Shown here piece after piece: positions 1 through 13,719 of a DNA stretch of 64,000 bases. Within the stretch, counting starts at the first letter, position 1. Each line of letters begins with the position of its first letter. The stretch is from assembly GCA_951406725.2 (NCBI GenBank), contig OX597817.1, forward strand, positions 164,548,001-164,612,000, read 5' to 3'. The notes under the pieces are model-generated. The model was not told where the DNA came from. It searched no databases and saw only the letters and a list, made by a program, of their open reading frames with translations. This stretch comes from Octopus vulgaris. Taxonomy: Eukaryota. The position numbers were made by a program, and so were the translations under genes.

Positions 1-820
1 TGGAGGGGATTAAATTTGTTCCCTGCATGCTCCCTATCTCCACTAATATCAGACTGGGTTTAAGCGATGTAATTAAGACCACATCACAGCAAATTTACAC
101 AACAGCCCTTTTTTTGTTATCACAGGCAAATAAGGGACACCCAAAGAGCAAGAGAAATAGTTTGTATTAATAAACAAACAGGAATCACTTCCCCTATGCT
201 TATATCTAAAGATAGGAAAATAAAGAATAGTTATAGAGATATTGTTGGGTACAGAATATAACTACCACCAGGCTGAGATAGATGAGGAAGCTACTTAAGA
301 TGATATCACTTTACAATACTAGTTGAGTAATAGCAAACAGCAGGAGAGGGTGGCCAAATCAGCTGCTGCGGTAGGGAACACATTGAGGTATAATACTACA
401 CCTATTCTTTAAGCCCATTTCTGCTAAAGGAATCATCACACACCATTGCACCCGGCTCCTATGTTATGTCAATAATCATTTACCTATTTATATATAGCTA
501 ACTATACCGATAGTTACATCTGGGTGAGTGGTGAGCCTAGTTTATCTTTACAGGTTGAATGCATATTATATTAGCTTGAATGTGTGTGTGTGTGTGTGCA
601 TCTGTGTGTGTTCAAGCTGAAAAACTTTACTAATTATTACTCTGAGATTCCCTTAACCAGTCATTAGACAAATGATCTGTCACGTGAAACTCAGAGTAAC
701 AGGGTGGAGTCTTTCAACTTAAAATATGTTTTACCTCTTGGCATTAAAGCATTGTTTTTTTCCATCCTGCTTTGCACTGACATGCTTACATCTCTTTCTC
801 CCATTCTATCTCTTTCTCTC

Positions 821-854
<34 letters not shown>

Positions 855-855
<1 letters not shown>

Positions 856-959
856 TTTATTTAAAAGTAGCAGAAATATAACAAAAGCTGTTACTCAGAG
901 TTTCACGTTCCCCTTCGTTGGACAGTTTTGTTATATATTTCTGCTGCTTTTAAATAAAG
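855..959 (-). mobile_element. Penelope-like terminal remnant: ~35-bp inverted repeat enclosing a decayed minimal hammerhead motif (888-925)
   Basis: Minus strand reads ctgt-CCAACGA-aggGGAAcgt-GAAA-ctctgag-TA-acag; outer arms ctttatttaaaagtagcagaaatataacaaaa / ttttgttatatatttctgctgcttttaaataaag; flanked by (TA)n. Confidence 0.6.
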
Positions 960-1029
960 CATATTACTCTACCTCTGGTATTTGAGTACTCTTTTTTCCA
1001 CCTTGTTTCACATTTATGTGCTTATTCCA

Positions 1030-1068
<39 letters not shown>

Positions 1069-1641
1069 TTTACATTTTGAGCCTACGCTCTTCCACAGAA
1101 AGAAACAAGGAGAGAAAAAAAAATGTGTGTAGTAGCTACCGATTATGCATCATCATTATCATCATGTAACTTCCATGATCCACACTAACACACACACTGA
1201 CACACACACACACACACACATATGCACACATTTACGACAGGCTTTTTCAGTTTCCATCTGGAAAATCTCCTCACAAGCCTTTATAAACCTCATGTTATAA
1301 AAGACACTTGCTCAAGTTGTCATGTAGTGGGACTGAATCCAAAACTATGCGACTGGATAGTGCACTTCTTAATCAGAAAGCCATGCCTGTCCTTATTTAC
1401 AGGGTTGGCCAAAAGTCACCTGACAGTAAATCAAAATCATTTAATTCCAAGATTGAAACAAAAACTTATTGGCGCTGGTGTAGTATGTGATCTACATTCC
1501 ACTGTGATCTACAGCAACTTAAAATCTAGACTTGTGATCTTCATTCAAAATTTTGTTATAAATTTCCAATTATAATTAGAAATGGATCAATAGCTCCATG
1601 TTTATCAAGGAGTTCATAGCATTGGAGAAATTCTATTGCAG

Positions 1642-1876
1642 TTAAGGTGGCGAGCCGGCAGAAACGTTAGCATGCCGGGCGAAATACTTAGCGATATTTC
1701 GTCTGTTTTTACGTTCTGAGTTCAAATTCCGCCGAGGTCGACTTTGCCTTTCATCCTTTCGGGGTCGATTAAATAAGTACCAGTTATGTACTGGGGTCAA
1801 TGTAATCGACTTAATCCATTTGTCTGTCCTTGTTTGTCCCCTCTATGTTTAGCCCCTTGTGAGTAATAAAGAAATA
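1642..1876 (+). mobile_element. tRNA-derived SINE family B (Meta-domain-like core)
   Basis: A/B-box-like head (tggcgagccgg...gagttcaaattcc); core gcctttcatcctttcggggtcgat..aagtacc; perfect 16-bp TSD agaaattctattgcag (1626-1641 and 1877-1892). Confidence 0.9.
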
Positions 1877-2351
1877 AGAAATTCTATTGCAGCTTCTTCA
1901 TCTCGAATAACCTGCATGTAAAATTCTTTTGCTCTCATCACAACTTCTTTCAATAGGCTTAAGACTAAGTGCTTAAATCATAATTTTTTTTTTTGGTTTA
2001 TATACTAAACCAACCAGAAGTCGAGTAAATAGACGAATTTTAAATGTAGATCAAAAAGTTGGTGTAGATCACAAACTATACCATTTGAACTAATGCAGAT
2101 CATAAGCTATACCAGAAACATGTATGTAGATCATATACTACACAGGTACCAAATTATCTGATACGAGACTTTGCTAATAATTAGACAAATGATGAAAAAA
2201 AATGGTGATTTTAACTCACATCATTCAATTATTAAACATTCATAATTGGAATGAATAATAAAAAAAATTGAATATTTAGTATTTATGGAATTTTGATTTA
2301 CTGTCCAGTGTATGTGTGTTTGTACATATATATATATATACATATATACAT

Positions 2352-2392
<41 letters not shown>

Positions 2393-2519
2393 AACTCATG
2401 TATATATATAAACACATGTATGTATGCACACACATATGTACATATATCAGACTCTACACACTTCTTACACTAGATTGTGCTGTGTCCCTTTGCTTTTATA
2501 CTACAAAATGCAGGGTGAG

Positions 2520-2551
<32 letters not shown>

Positions 2552-2844
2552 GAGAGAGAGAGATGTACTCTTTCTCTCTCTTTGTTTATATATCTGTTTC
2601 TCTACTTTATCCTTGGTACTTTTATACCATCACAACTACCACCACACCCATCTTCTTTTCTCTTTCCCCTCTTGTTTTTGCCTGCACCCCACCCCGCCCC
2701 ACTCTGACTGTCTGTCTGTCATCTTCAGTGAAATGACAAACTCTTGCCAACAACATCCATCTTATTAAGTCATCACTAAGTGGGATGAAATAACACTGCT
2801 GTTGTTGTTTCATCCCACCTCTCCTCTCACACCATCATTACTAC

Positions 2845-3240
2845 CCCCCACCACCACCACCATCACCAGTGCCACCACCACCACCACCAGTGCCACAACC
2901 ACCACCACCACCAACACCACCAGTGCCACCACCACCAGTGCCACCACCACAACCACCACCTCCACCACCAGTGCCACCACCACCAGTGCCACCACCACCA
3001 GTGCCACCACCACAACCACCACCTCCACCACCAGTGCCACCACCACCAGTGCCACCACCACCACCACCAGTGCCACCACCACCACCACCAGTGCCACCAC
3101 CACCACCACCAGTGCCACCACAACCACCACCACCACCACCAGTGCCACCACCACCACCAGTGCCACCACCACCAGTTCCACCACCACCGCCAACACCACT
3201 ACCATCACCACTGTTAATACCAGTGCCAACCTCATCACCA
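2845..3240. repeat. Compound (ACC)n trinucleotide array punctuated by AGTGCC
   Basis: Direct reading; produces spurious poly-T/P/V/W ORFs in several frames. Confidence 0.95.
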
Positions 3241-3649
3241 CTGAACAGAGGGAGCTGCTTGCATAGTTGCTATACCTGGTAGAAATAGCAGCCAAATCTC
3301 CTTCAAATTAAATCTGACCCCTTGGATAATTTAGTTTGAGGCATCCCTTAAAAATGCGATGGTCCCGGCTGGCTGGAATGCTTTTCATTATATATATATT
3401 TAATCAATCAAAATTGACCTGGAGTCAAACAACAAACATATATTGTTCCCATCACTATTGCAACACCAATATCACACTTATTTCTATACCATTGCCGATA
3501 TATGGCCACCACCTCTAATACAGCATTCCATCATGACCACCACATCTACAATGCTACTAACATAATTTAGCCATCATGACTATATTGCTAATTCTACACA
3601 ATTACAATCACCACTATAGCACCATCATTGCCACTACATGCCCTTCACT

Positions 3650-3900
3650 ACAACCGCCACCACCACCACCACCACCACCAACACTTCCACCACCACCACC
3701 ACCACCACCACCATTACCATTGCATCACTCTACCACCATCAAATACAATTATCACCACCGTCACATCAGCCGCTATCACCTTCACTGGATTACTTGTCAC
3801 TAGCACCACTATGCTGTCATTTACCATCACCACTACCACTACCACTACTACTACTACTACTGCTGCTCCTGCTGCTGCCGCTGCTGCTGCTGCTGCACCA
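3650..3900. repeat. (ACC)n, (ACT)n and (GCT)n microsatellite cluster
   Basis: Direct reading. Confidence 0.9.
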
Positions 3901-4061
3901 TCACCAAGCTGCAATGACCAGACCGTTATTACGTAACTGTCATTAGCATCATCAACGCATCAAAACCCTCATCATCATCCTTCTTCTAGCTATTTGGGTG
4001 TTCCTCTGTTCTACTTCCATTTCCCTCAATCTACTGCCACTGTCAACTTTACGATATATAT

Positions 4062-4128
<67 letters not shown>

Positions 4129-4132
4129 TACA

Positions 4133-4191
<59 letters not shown>

Positions 4192-4407
4192 TATATATTA
4201 TGATGATGATGATGATATACACACACACACACACATATATATTATATATATACACACACACACATATATATATTATATATATATATATATATAGGGTGTT
4301 CAGGCTAAATTTGATAGTTTACATAAATGGAGAAGAACATACAATATATCCCATATGTGTGTGTGTGTGTGTGTGTGTGCATGTATGTATGTATGTATAT
4401 ATATATA

Positions 4408-4964
4408 CAAGCAAAACGCCCCCATCCCATCCAATGGATGGTGCTGAATCATATCTGCTGAATAAAAAGCAATCAGTGTTTTCTTTTCATTAAAAAATAA
4501 TTAAGCATGCCTTTATTTCAATAAAATTTTTGGTTTTGTTAAACGAAGTTAAGGCAAAAAAAAAAAAACTTCTTGAGAAACCAAATAGTCTTTCCTTCTT
4601 TCATGCCAAGTTTAAAGAAAATATCTCTTTTGCATCTTACTTTTTTGGTCTCTTAAATATATTGCATTTTGTGGCATTATTTCAAGCCAACTGTCTTTTT
4701 TTGCACAAACTGCACGTGCATTTTTCTCGCATACGCATTGTATCAATTGCAACAGCTGGTGTACTTGTGCATACAAATGCATGTCCCCACGGCTTTATCA
4801 ATCGCATTCTCAACTGGAATCGATTTTTGTCATTTTTTCAAGACTTATACACGCCCTGATATCATCGGTATCTACATATCAAATTTGAGTGCAATCGGAT
4901 GGAGGATGCCCGAAATCCTAGAAGACACACACACAGACAGACAGAATGGATTTTATATAATAGA
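4408..4964 (-). mobile_element. Non-autonomous Helitron-like element
   Basis: Minus strand begins A|TCTATTATATAAAA, contains a (TGTC)/(TG) microsatellite, and ends with hairpin ccatccattggatgg followed by CTTG|T; no TSD. Confidence 0.6.
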
Positions 4965-4968
4965 TAAA

Positions 4969-5400
4969 CAGGGTAGTCAGGTTAAATTTGACAGTTTGCA
5001 TAAAAAGAAAAGAAAACAATATTCCATCCAAAAATCAAATTATTTTGTTAAATTAAAAACATCAGCTAGGTTGTGGCTGGGCGATAACAACTTACTCAAA
5101 GTAGCTGGCCTGAACTTTCACCACAATCTCAAGACGGCTCTGGAGACTGGTGCATACATTTCTCACTGTTTCCTTGAGAAGATCTTTGAACACCTCCTTG
5201 GCCTTGGTATTATAGGCAGAGCAGTGGGTGTCTTTTTCAATTATGCTCCATACATTGTAATGCATGTGACTATAATCAAAGAAATTAGGAGGCCAGAAAT
5301 TGGGGCTGGTAAAGTCATAGAAATTCTGGAATAAGCACTTCTGACTCTTTCCAGAGATATGGCAAGGAGCCAGAACCTACTGCCTTACATATGGTATTCC
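4969..5400 (-). pseudogene. Tc1/mariner (DD37D-like) transposase 3' remnant with terminal repeat
   Basis: Minus-strand translation gives LAPCHISGKSQK..NFYDFTSPNFWPPN..HYNVWSIIEK and CTSLQSRLEIVV; end motif cagggt..tcaggttaaatttgacagttt also occurs at ~4292 and ~5539. Confidence 0.7.
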
Positions 5401-5538
5401 AGCAGCAACCCTCCCTAGCTAGGGTTTGACCACAGTATCCAGTAGCTTCACAGGGCCCTGAAACAGCTGTAAGCTAGTGAAGTTCATAAGATATTCGTTC
5501 ATTCCTTTGTTATTTCATTTTCTTATTACTACTTACTT

Positions 5539-6100
5539 GGTGTTCAGGTTAAATTTGACAGTTTGCATAAAAGGAAAAGAAAACACAAAATTCCATCCAA
5601 AAATCAAATTATTTTGTTAAATTAAAAACATCAGCTAGATTATGACTGGGAGATAACAGTTTACTCAAAGTAGCTGGCCTGAACTTCCACCACAATCTCA
5701 AGACGGCTCTGGAGACTGGTGCATACATTTCTCACTGTGTCCTTAAGAAGATCTTTGAACATCTCCTTGATCTTGGCAATGAACTTGGCCTTGGTATTGA
5801 TTGGCTCGAATATTTTTTCACGTGCCACCAGCACAAGTGTCAGTAAGGTGATGCTGGTAGCAATCACGCTCGAATGGTGCTTTTTACGTGCTACAAGCAT
5901 GGAAGCCAGTCAGCTGTTCTAGCAATGATCACAATCGGATGGTGCTCTTAGTGCTCCACTTGCACGGATGCCAGTCATCGAATTTAATTTCGATTTCGAT
6001 TTCACTTACCTCAACAGGTCTTGGGTGTCTTTCTCAATTATGCTCCATACATTGTAATGCATGTGACTATAATCAATGAAATTAGGAGGTCAGAAATTGG
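5539..6100 (-). pseudogene. Second (duplicated) copy of the Tc1/mariner remnant, interrupted by an RTE 3'UTR fragment (~5805-6020)
   Basis: Near-identical to 4975-5305 on both sides of an insert containing ggtgctttttacgtgc repeats. Confidence 0.7.
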
Positions 6101-7025
6101 AGCGTATATTTATAAAATATATTATCTTTCTTGTATCTCCTTCTCCTCCTTGTGCACATGATGTGCAACATCTCTGCTTATGAAAACGAAATTCATTTTT
6201 CTTATAAATCCATAATTAAAAAAGTTCCTTTGTGTTATGTCGTTAGCTCGGTCATAACTCGTTCATTTTTCTATTCCCTCTATTACTAGTTTTCTGTTTG
6301 TTTGCATCTATTTGTTTCTGTCGCATGTTCTCCAATTTCGTTATGTTTTGGTGTTGGGTCAGGTTTTCGCATGCGATTTCGTGTTGTCCTTCCTGGCTTT
6401 CTTTCGTCCACCTCCCAATCTTAATATTTCAGGTCTTGTGATTGAGTTTTCGGTCATCAGGCTTTAGTTGGCATTTGGGAGCTAGCATGGAAAACGGACG
6501 CTAAATGATGATGATGATGATGATGATTAGTCATTAAAATTTGCAAAATTTGGGTATTTTAGCCAATCAGAAGCGAGTATGGAAACAGTTCTTTGCTTCC
6601 CAATGATATGGTTCCAGGTTCAGTCCCACAATGTGGTACCTTGATCAAATGTCTTCTACTTTAGCCTTGGGTTGACCAAAGCCTTGTGCGTGGATTTGGT
6701 AGACAAAATCGTATAGAAGCTTGTCATATATATGTATATGTGTGTGTGCATGGATGTGTGTGATCGTGTGTGTGTGTGAATGTCTCCTTGTTCAACATTG
6801 TGTGATAGTTATAAGCAAGCATCACAGTCATAAAAACAGCTCCTTTATTTTCAGTCTTTTGAAACATCAGTCTGGTAATGTGAAAATATCTTACTGGGAA
6901 ATAAGGAGAGCATCTGGCTGTAGAAAATCTGCCTCAACAAATTCTGTTTGACCCATGCAAGCATAAAAAACGGGCAGTAAAACGATGATGATTATTATCA
7001 TTTTTTATATGCAACACAAGCAGTA

Positions 7026-7510
7026 TTGTAAATCCTTGAGTATAATCTGCATTTTGTTCCCAAAATCCCTAGTGTGTACTATATACGAGGTTAAAAATGT
7101 AAAATATTTTCTAAGCAATGTCTGAGTCTCTATTTGCTGTCCGGCAATGTTTATTCAGACGCATTTTGTGATGTCAGGCGTGAAAATACCTTAAGCTAAG
7201 CCTGAAAGCAATGAAATCATAAAAGAATCATCTTGCAGTAAGCAACATTTACTAAAATAAAAGTATTCAGAACACAGAATATTATGTAACAAAAACAATT
7301 TGCAAACATATTTACATTCCCATATAACAGTTAAGAACATCACCATTATTGTATTACGCATGCGCGGAAGTGTTTGTTCGATTAGGTGCTGCTGGCTTAA
7401 TTACACACAACTCAAGTTAAAGAAGTGGTGCGTATTATACACAAGGTTTAGGTTTTTCAGAGGTACAGCCCCCCAAAAATCCCCTGTGTATTATACTCAA
7501 GGATTTATGG
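7026..7510. mobile_element. Tc1/mariner-superfamily (Tc2/pogo-like) MITE
   Basis: TIRs ta|ttgtaaatccttgagtataa ... ttatactcaaggatttatgg|ta with internal subterminal repeats; TA flanks. Confidence 0.65.
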
Positions 7511-8098
7511 TATTAGTTTAGAATAACAATCTGTGCATTATACACAATGCAGATATGCTACTAAAAGCCAAATTAACAATGGTATTCATTCTGCAAAATA
7601 AAAATATACAAAAATATATCAGTAACAGACGAAAATCGTCTAGCAGCGGTAGTGGGATTGCCAAGTGTACATTTATGCCTCCTTGTACTTCGTCAGTAAC
7701 AGGTACCTACAAAGCAACTGCTTAGTAAGACACTGATATAGGAAACCTCTGATGTATAATATGTAAATAAGGAATCCCAGTTTTCTGCAGCCACTGGATT
7801 TGTTGAGTGTATAAACAGCTTGCCTGCTTGTTTCTTGGGGATTTATCAAACTCTGATGAGAACCCAATAAAGTCAGAAAATCGATTAAATCTGTTCAAGA
7901 TTTTCCTCAGCCTACGGAGAAAGAGTTAAATTTGCCTTGTTTGTTTTCTATTGCTTAGGCTTACCGGTGAGTGAGCTAAATTATAAGGCACAAAAAGAAA
8001 ATGACTCTCCCCAGAACAACAGAATATTACATTATTACTATTCGTATATTATCATTTACTTTTGGTTTCTGTCAGCCTTTGGGATCAAGACGTCTATT

Positions 8099-8491
8099 GG
8101 ATCTTTTCGGTTTGAACGGCAGTTTTTAACATAATTCCTAGGTAAAAAAATGTTAAACTTCGTATACAGGTAGAATGTGTTCATAAAGCATCTTTTTCTC
8201 TTGGTTTTATTGAGAAAATTCTATAGTTTGTAAGATATTTGTTGTTTTTTTTCTTCAATTTCAACCAATCACTGACGTCTATTGAGGTAAAAAAAAACAT
8301 TCTGTGCCGTATGAATATGTCCCTCGTTTAAGAAACAGATTGGGTTTATTTACGTTTGCGAAGAAAAAAAGGTACCCTTCCCCCACCCCTAAAACATTGA
8401 AATGCAATAGATCGATACTAGGGTCATACTAAAGGGTGACAATTTCATATAACACAGCTAGAAAAAACTGCCGTTCAAACTGAAAAGATCC
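8099..8491. mobile_element. Merlin-like MITE, family GGATC (copy 1)
   Basis: TIR ggatcttttcggtttgaacggcagttttt; 8-bp TSD cgtctatt/catctatt. Confidence 0.85.
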
Positions 8492-8597
8492 CATCTATTT
8501 TAACTAGAAGTAAGAAGCAAGTTACAGAATTTCTCAGTGTATAATTTATTTATAACAAAATGACAGGTTAGCTTTCATTTTGGAATAACCGTCTGCA

Positions 8598-9654
8598 CCG
8601 TATTTTTCGACGTACAAGTTGACTTTTTCAGGCCAAAAATTCCAGTCAAGAAAGGTAGGTCGACTTACATACTGTAACAGCTTTGGAGGACCAAAAATTT
8701 CATATGAGATACAATGGGAATTGGAAAAATAGTAACGATGTTTAAATGTTTACACTTCATATCCACCATAACAGCATAACAATTTTAGTTACCTGATAAT
8801 TCTTTTTATATTCATATTGATGTGAGATTATAATCATAAATAAAGGCAAATATTAAAAATCAAACTTGATACAATTAAACATAATTTCAAATAGAATCTT
8901 GTTCCTTTTATTTCGGCACTTTCATTTTGTGAAATCTTCCATTCCCATCTGTTCTCTGTGCAAGCTCTGTTAAGCCCTATACTGACGATGTCCTAATTTC
9001 TCAATAAAAACCTGTGACCATAATCATACGACCATTTCTTCTTCAAGTGCGCCAAATAAAAAATAAAAACAAATACGTTTCTGGGATTATTCTTAATATA
9101 ATTTTATTCATCATAAATCAATGAGCAAAGCAATTTAATAATGTTATTCCAGGAGTGGCTGTGTGGTAAGTAGCTTGCTAACCAACCACATGGTTCCGGG
9201 TTCAGTCCCACTGCGTGGCATCTTGGGCAAGTGTCTTCTGCTATAGCCTCGGGCCGACCAATGCCTTGTGAGTGGATTTGGTAGACGGAAACTGAAAGAA
9301 GCCTGTCGTATATATGTATGTGTGTGTGTGTGTGTTTGTGTTTGTCCCCCTAGCATTGCTTGACAACCGATGCTGGTGTGTTTACGTCCCCGTCACTAAA
9401 CGGTTCGGCAAAAGAGACCGATAGAATAAGTACTGGGCTTACAAAGAATAAGTCCCGGGGTCGATTTGCTCGACTAAAGGCGGTGCTCCAGCATGGCCGC
9501 AGTCAAATGACTGAAACAAGTAAAAGAGTAAGATATATCAGGTTGAACAATATTCCAGAGAAAGTCGACTTATATGATGAGAATAGACTTAACCATTGAT
9601 TTTTTTTTTACCTCGACCTGCATATCACGTTGACTTGTATGTCAGAAATTGTGG
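8598..9654. mobile_element. Degenerate Tc2/pogo-like MITE interrupted by a SINE
   Basis: Ends ccgtatttttcgacgtacaagttgac / gttgacttgtatgtcagaaattgtgg; internal gtcgactta repeats. Confidence 0.5.
9150..9530 (+). mobile_element. tRNA-derived SINE family A
   Basis: Head gtggctgtgtggtaag...gggttcagtccc; CORE-like ttgggcaagtg; internal (TG)n; tail gactgaaacaagtaaaagag; many homologues in the window. Confidence 0.9.
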
Positions 9655-9940
9655 GACGAGGTAGAAATATGAGATATATGAGTTAAGCCTCCCTCTTGAA
9701 GTATAATAACAAATATGCAACAAGAGAAACTGCGTTTCTCTGCTTAGATATTAAAATGTGTTACGCGAGATTAGTTTTAAAGAATTGATCAAAAACTTTG
9801 TAATGAACAAAAACAAAAAAAAGGGAAAACTTAAAAAATATTAATGAAGTTATAAATATACAATAAAAGATATTATTTTTCCTCTTTTGGTCTATATGTA
9901 TCATCAAATGTTGTTTCTCATTTAAGGATGGAAACCAATG

Positions 9941-10344
9941 GGATCTTTTCGGTTTGAACGGCAGTTTTTTCTAGCAGTGTCAATCTGTAATTTTACCTAA
10001 TTATGACCCTGGTATCGATCTATTGCATTTCAATCTGTTTTAGGGTTAGGGTATCTTTTTTTCTTCAGAAATGTAAATAAACCCAATCTGTTTCTTAAAC
10101 GAGGGACCTATTCATACGGCACAGAATGTTTGTTTTTTTTACCTCAATAGACGTCATTGATTGGTTGAATTTGCAGAAATTGAAGAAAAAACAACAACAA
10201 ATATCTTACAAACTATAGAATTTTTTCAATAAAGCCAAGAGAAGAAGATGTTTTATAAACACATTCTACCAGTATACGAAGTTTAAAAGTGTTTAGTTAC
10301 GTGGAAATTATTTTAAAAAACTGTCGTTCAAACCGAAAGGATCC
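9941..10344. mobile_element. Merlin-like MITE, family GGATC (copy 2)
   Basis: Same TIRs; perfect 8-bp TSD aaccaatg; internal ttagggttaggg. Confidence 0.9.
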
Positions 10345-10430
10345 AACCAATGTAATAAAAAATGCTGTTTTATACAAATAATTCTTTCTAACGATATTTC
10401 TCTTTCGAATTTTTCTTCAAAAATTGACAT

Positions 10431-10842
10431 AGGCGCAGGAGTGGCTGTGTGGTAAGTAGCTTGCTAACCAACCACATGGTTCCGGGTTCAGTCCCACTGC
10501 GTGGCATCTTGAGCAAGTGTCTTCTACTATAGCCTCGGGCCGACCAATGCCTTGTGAGTGGATTTGGTAGACGGAAACTGAAAGAAGCCTGTCGTATATA
10601 TGTATATATATATATATGTGTGTGTATATGTTTGTGTGTCTGTGTTTGTCCCCCTAGCATTGCTTGACAACCGATGCTGGTGTGTTTACGTCCCCGTTAC
10701 TTAGCGGTTCGGCAAAACAGACCGATAGAATAAGTACTGGGCTTACAAAGAATAAGTCCCGGGGTCGATTTGCTCGACTAAAGGCGGTGCACCAGCATGG
10801 CCGCAGTCAAATGACTGAAACAAGTAAAAGAGTAAAAGAGTA
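10431..10842 (+). mobile_element. tRNA-derived SINE family A, full length
   Basis: Near-identical to 9150-9530 and 58032-58430. Confidence 0.9.
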
Positions 10843-10884
10843 TCCAATATTGATTTCTGTACAAAAATGGTTCTCAAAAAAGTT

Positions 10885-11293
10885 GGCGAAGTTTCGCATG
10901 TCGTAGCACAGATTTCCGTCGATTTCCGTAAAAAACTTTTATTTTTTTACATAAGTAATGAGAGCGAAAGAGACTAAGAGGAAGCGATTTTATGACGACA
11001 AGGTTTCACTTTGAAATCGGCCTGTGTGTGTTTGATGGGGTGTGGGAGACAGACAGTATGTTGTGTAAGTGAAGTGCTTCTGTTAGTGTGTGCGAAGAGA
11101 CAGAGTAATGTGTGAAAGAAAGAGATAACTGATTTTTTACTCGGTGTATGTGTATATGTATGTCTGCATGTATGTGTGTTTGTGTATGTATCTATGTATG
11201 TGTGTATGTGTATGTATGTATGGTCGATTCAGTGTAATTTTTTACTCGGTGTATGTGTATATGTATGTCTGCATGTATGTGTGTGTGTGTATG

Positions 11294-11335
<42 letters not shown>

Positions 11336-11411
11336 CATTACTTATGTAAAAAAATAAAAGTTTTTTACGGAAATCGACGGAAATCTGTGCTACTACAACC
11401 GAAACTATGCC
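10885..11411. mobile_element. Merlin-like MITE, long-TIR family (GGC...GCC)
   Basis: ~75-bp TIR including gtagcacagatttccgtcgatttccgtaaaaaacttttatt; perfect 8-bp TSD aaaaagtt; internal duplicated (TATG)/(TG) block. Confidence 0.85.
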
Positions 11412-11983
11412 AAAAAGTTTTGCATCTGTGTTTTCCTATCATAAGTTGAAAAAAAGAAAATGAATAAAAAAAAACAAAGACTCGAACCTTTACATTTTTT
11501 TTCCTGTTGCTCTAGTTAAAAGTGTAACAATTTACTTTCCTCAGTTATGTGTTAAACAATAGCTTATGCGCGCACACACTTTATAATTATGACGTTTGGC
11601 CTGGAAAGAAACTGAATTTCAAACTAATATTTTGTATTCAGTATTTGTGCTTTAATGTTTTGTTAAGTTAGACAATGGAAAGGTCAAAGGGTTGACATCT
11701 TTAGGTCTGCTTTGCGCACCACTTGGTTTTATACCGGCCTATATACAGACATAGACATGCAAGGCAGATAAACACACACACACACACACACTCACACATG
11801 CCTTATCTATAAGATTTTGAAGCAGCTTGACAAGTGCGATTCACGAAACTTCGGTCCTTGAGTCACTTTGTAAACTTTGCCGGTTAAAAAGAGACAAAAA
11901 ATTATATTGCGCGCGCGCGTATGTAAGTATGCATGTATGTATATATGTATGTATGTATGTACGTATATATGTATGTATGTACG

Positions 11984-12021
<38 letters not shown>

Positions 12022-12022
<1 letters not shown>

Positions 12023-12153
12023 GCTTACCAACCACATGGTTCCGGGTTCAGTCCCACTGCGTGGCACCTTTAGGCAAGTGTCTTCTACTATAGCCTCGGG
12101 CCGATCAAACCCTTGTGAGTGGATTTGGTAGACGGAAACTGAAAGAAGCCCGT

Positions 12154-12208
<55 letters not shown>

Positions 12209-12383
12209 CCCCACATCACTTGACAACCGATGCTGGTGTGTTTACGTCCCCGTAACTTAGGTGTTCGGCCAAAAGCGACCGATAGAATAAGTACTAGGCT
12301 TACAAAGAATAAATCGATTTTCTCTACTGAAGGCGGTGCTCCAGCATGGCCGCAGTCAAAATGACTGAAACAAGTAAAAGAGT
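12022..12383 (+). mobile_element. SINE family A, 5'-truncated, embedded in (TA)n
   Basis: Homology to 10431-10842. Confidence 0.85.
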
Positions 12384-12402
12384 ATATATATATATATAAT
12401 AT

Positions 12403-12454
<52 letters not shown>

Positions 12455-12690
12455 CATTTTGGATCTTGTTAAATTTCCAACCACTTCAAGTATTTCAAAT
12501 TTTCATCAGGTTATTTTCAAAAACGCAGTTTTGTACACTGATGGCGAAAATCGCATTAGTTTTTTCCTTATTTATTTAAAAAATTACATCAATGTAGAAA
12601 ATTAAAAAAGGGTGGGAGGGTGAAAATTTGATATATTTCAAGTGCTTGGAAGAAATTTAACGCTTTGAGTTTTATCTATTGTGTTTGTGC

Positions 12691-12734
<44 letters not shown>

Positions 12735-12823
12735 GTGTATATATATATTTATACATATATATATGTACACATATGCAGGTGCATACATATATATATAACA
12801 AAAATGTTATTTATATATATATA

Positions 12824-12870
<47 letters not shown>

Positions 12871-13020
12871 TGTACATGTATAACAAAATATTATATGTAT
12901 ATATATGTATATATATCGGAAGGTTTGGAGATGATGTACAGGTATTATATATTAGAAAAATTGAGGTAATCAGATCAGATGGTTCATATTTGTAGATATT
13001 TATTTATATATTACATTTTT

Positions 13021-13075
<55 letters not shown>

Positions 13076-13719
13076 ATGCATTCACACACATAGAAACACA
13101 TTCATGTACCTTCATATTAGTACACGTAAACGCACCTTAATTTGCTATTGAAATACGCCTGTTCTTGAGCGATATTGTGTAAATGATAGCCACGGTTTCT
13201 GAAACAGCATCGCTATTACACAACGTTTATTTCGATCCACATGTGTTGTTGGGGAAAGCCAGTCTTGAAATAGTGACAGGTATCTCGATGACATGCAGAA
13301 GGAATGTTACACACACAAAAAAAGAAAAGTGGGGAATGGTGGTCGGGGGTGGACGGGAGTAAGGAAGCCAGAATATTGGAAGGTTGTTAATTTAACATGA
13401 CCGTTAGTTAAAGGATCTTAATTTAACATCATTACCATCACCATCGTTATCATTATTCTCATCATATATCTTCATTAAAGTGGTCGCTCGACCTGCTAGA
13501 AATAGCGGTCAGAGCTTACCCTACAGCTTTATAAAAAAAATACAAAAACGAAGGTAACATTAGATAGTGTAGTCCAAATTACACTATTTCTGAATATATG
13601 GGGGTGCTCACGGCTGGAATATCTTTAAACTTAAGTTTGTTCGATCAAGACTGACCTAGGGCTATATGACAACGTTATCATCATCATCGTCGTGGTCGTA
13701 GTGCTCTTATAACAGGATA

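Noticed and set aside
2802-3295. Mucin-like poly-Thr or poly-Pro ORFs
   Set aside because: Open in several frames on both strands because of (ACC)n; no splice or compositional support for coding.
4669-5334. 221-aa ORF
   Set aside because: Runs across a Helitron-like element and the antisense strand of a transposase remnant.
9144-9599. Recurrent ORFs (MLGGQTQ.., MTTDAGV..) suggesting a gene family
   Set aside because: They are translations of SINE family A copies.
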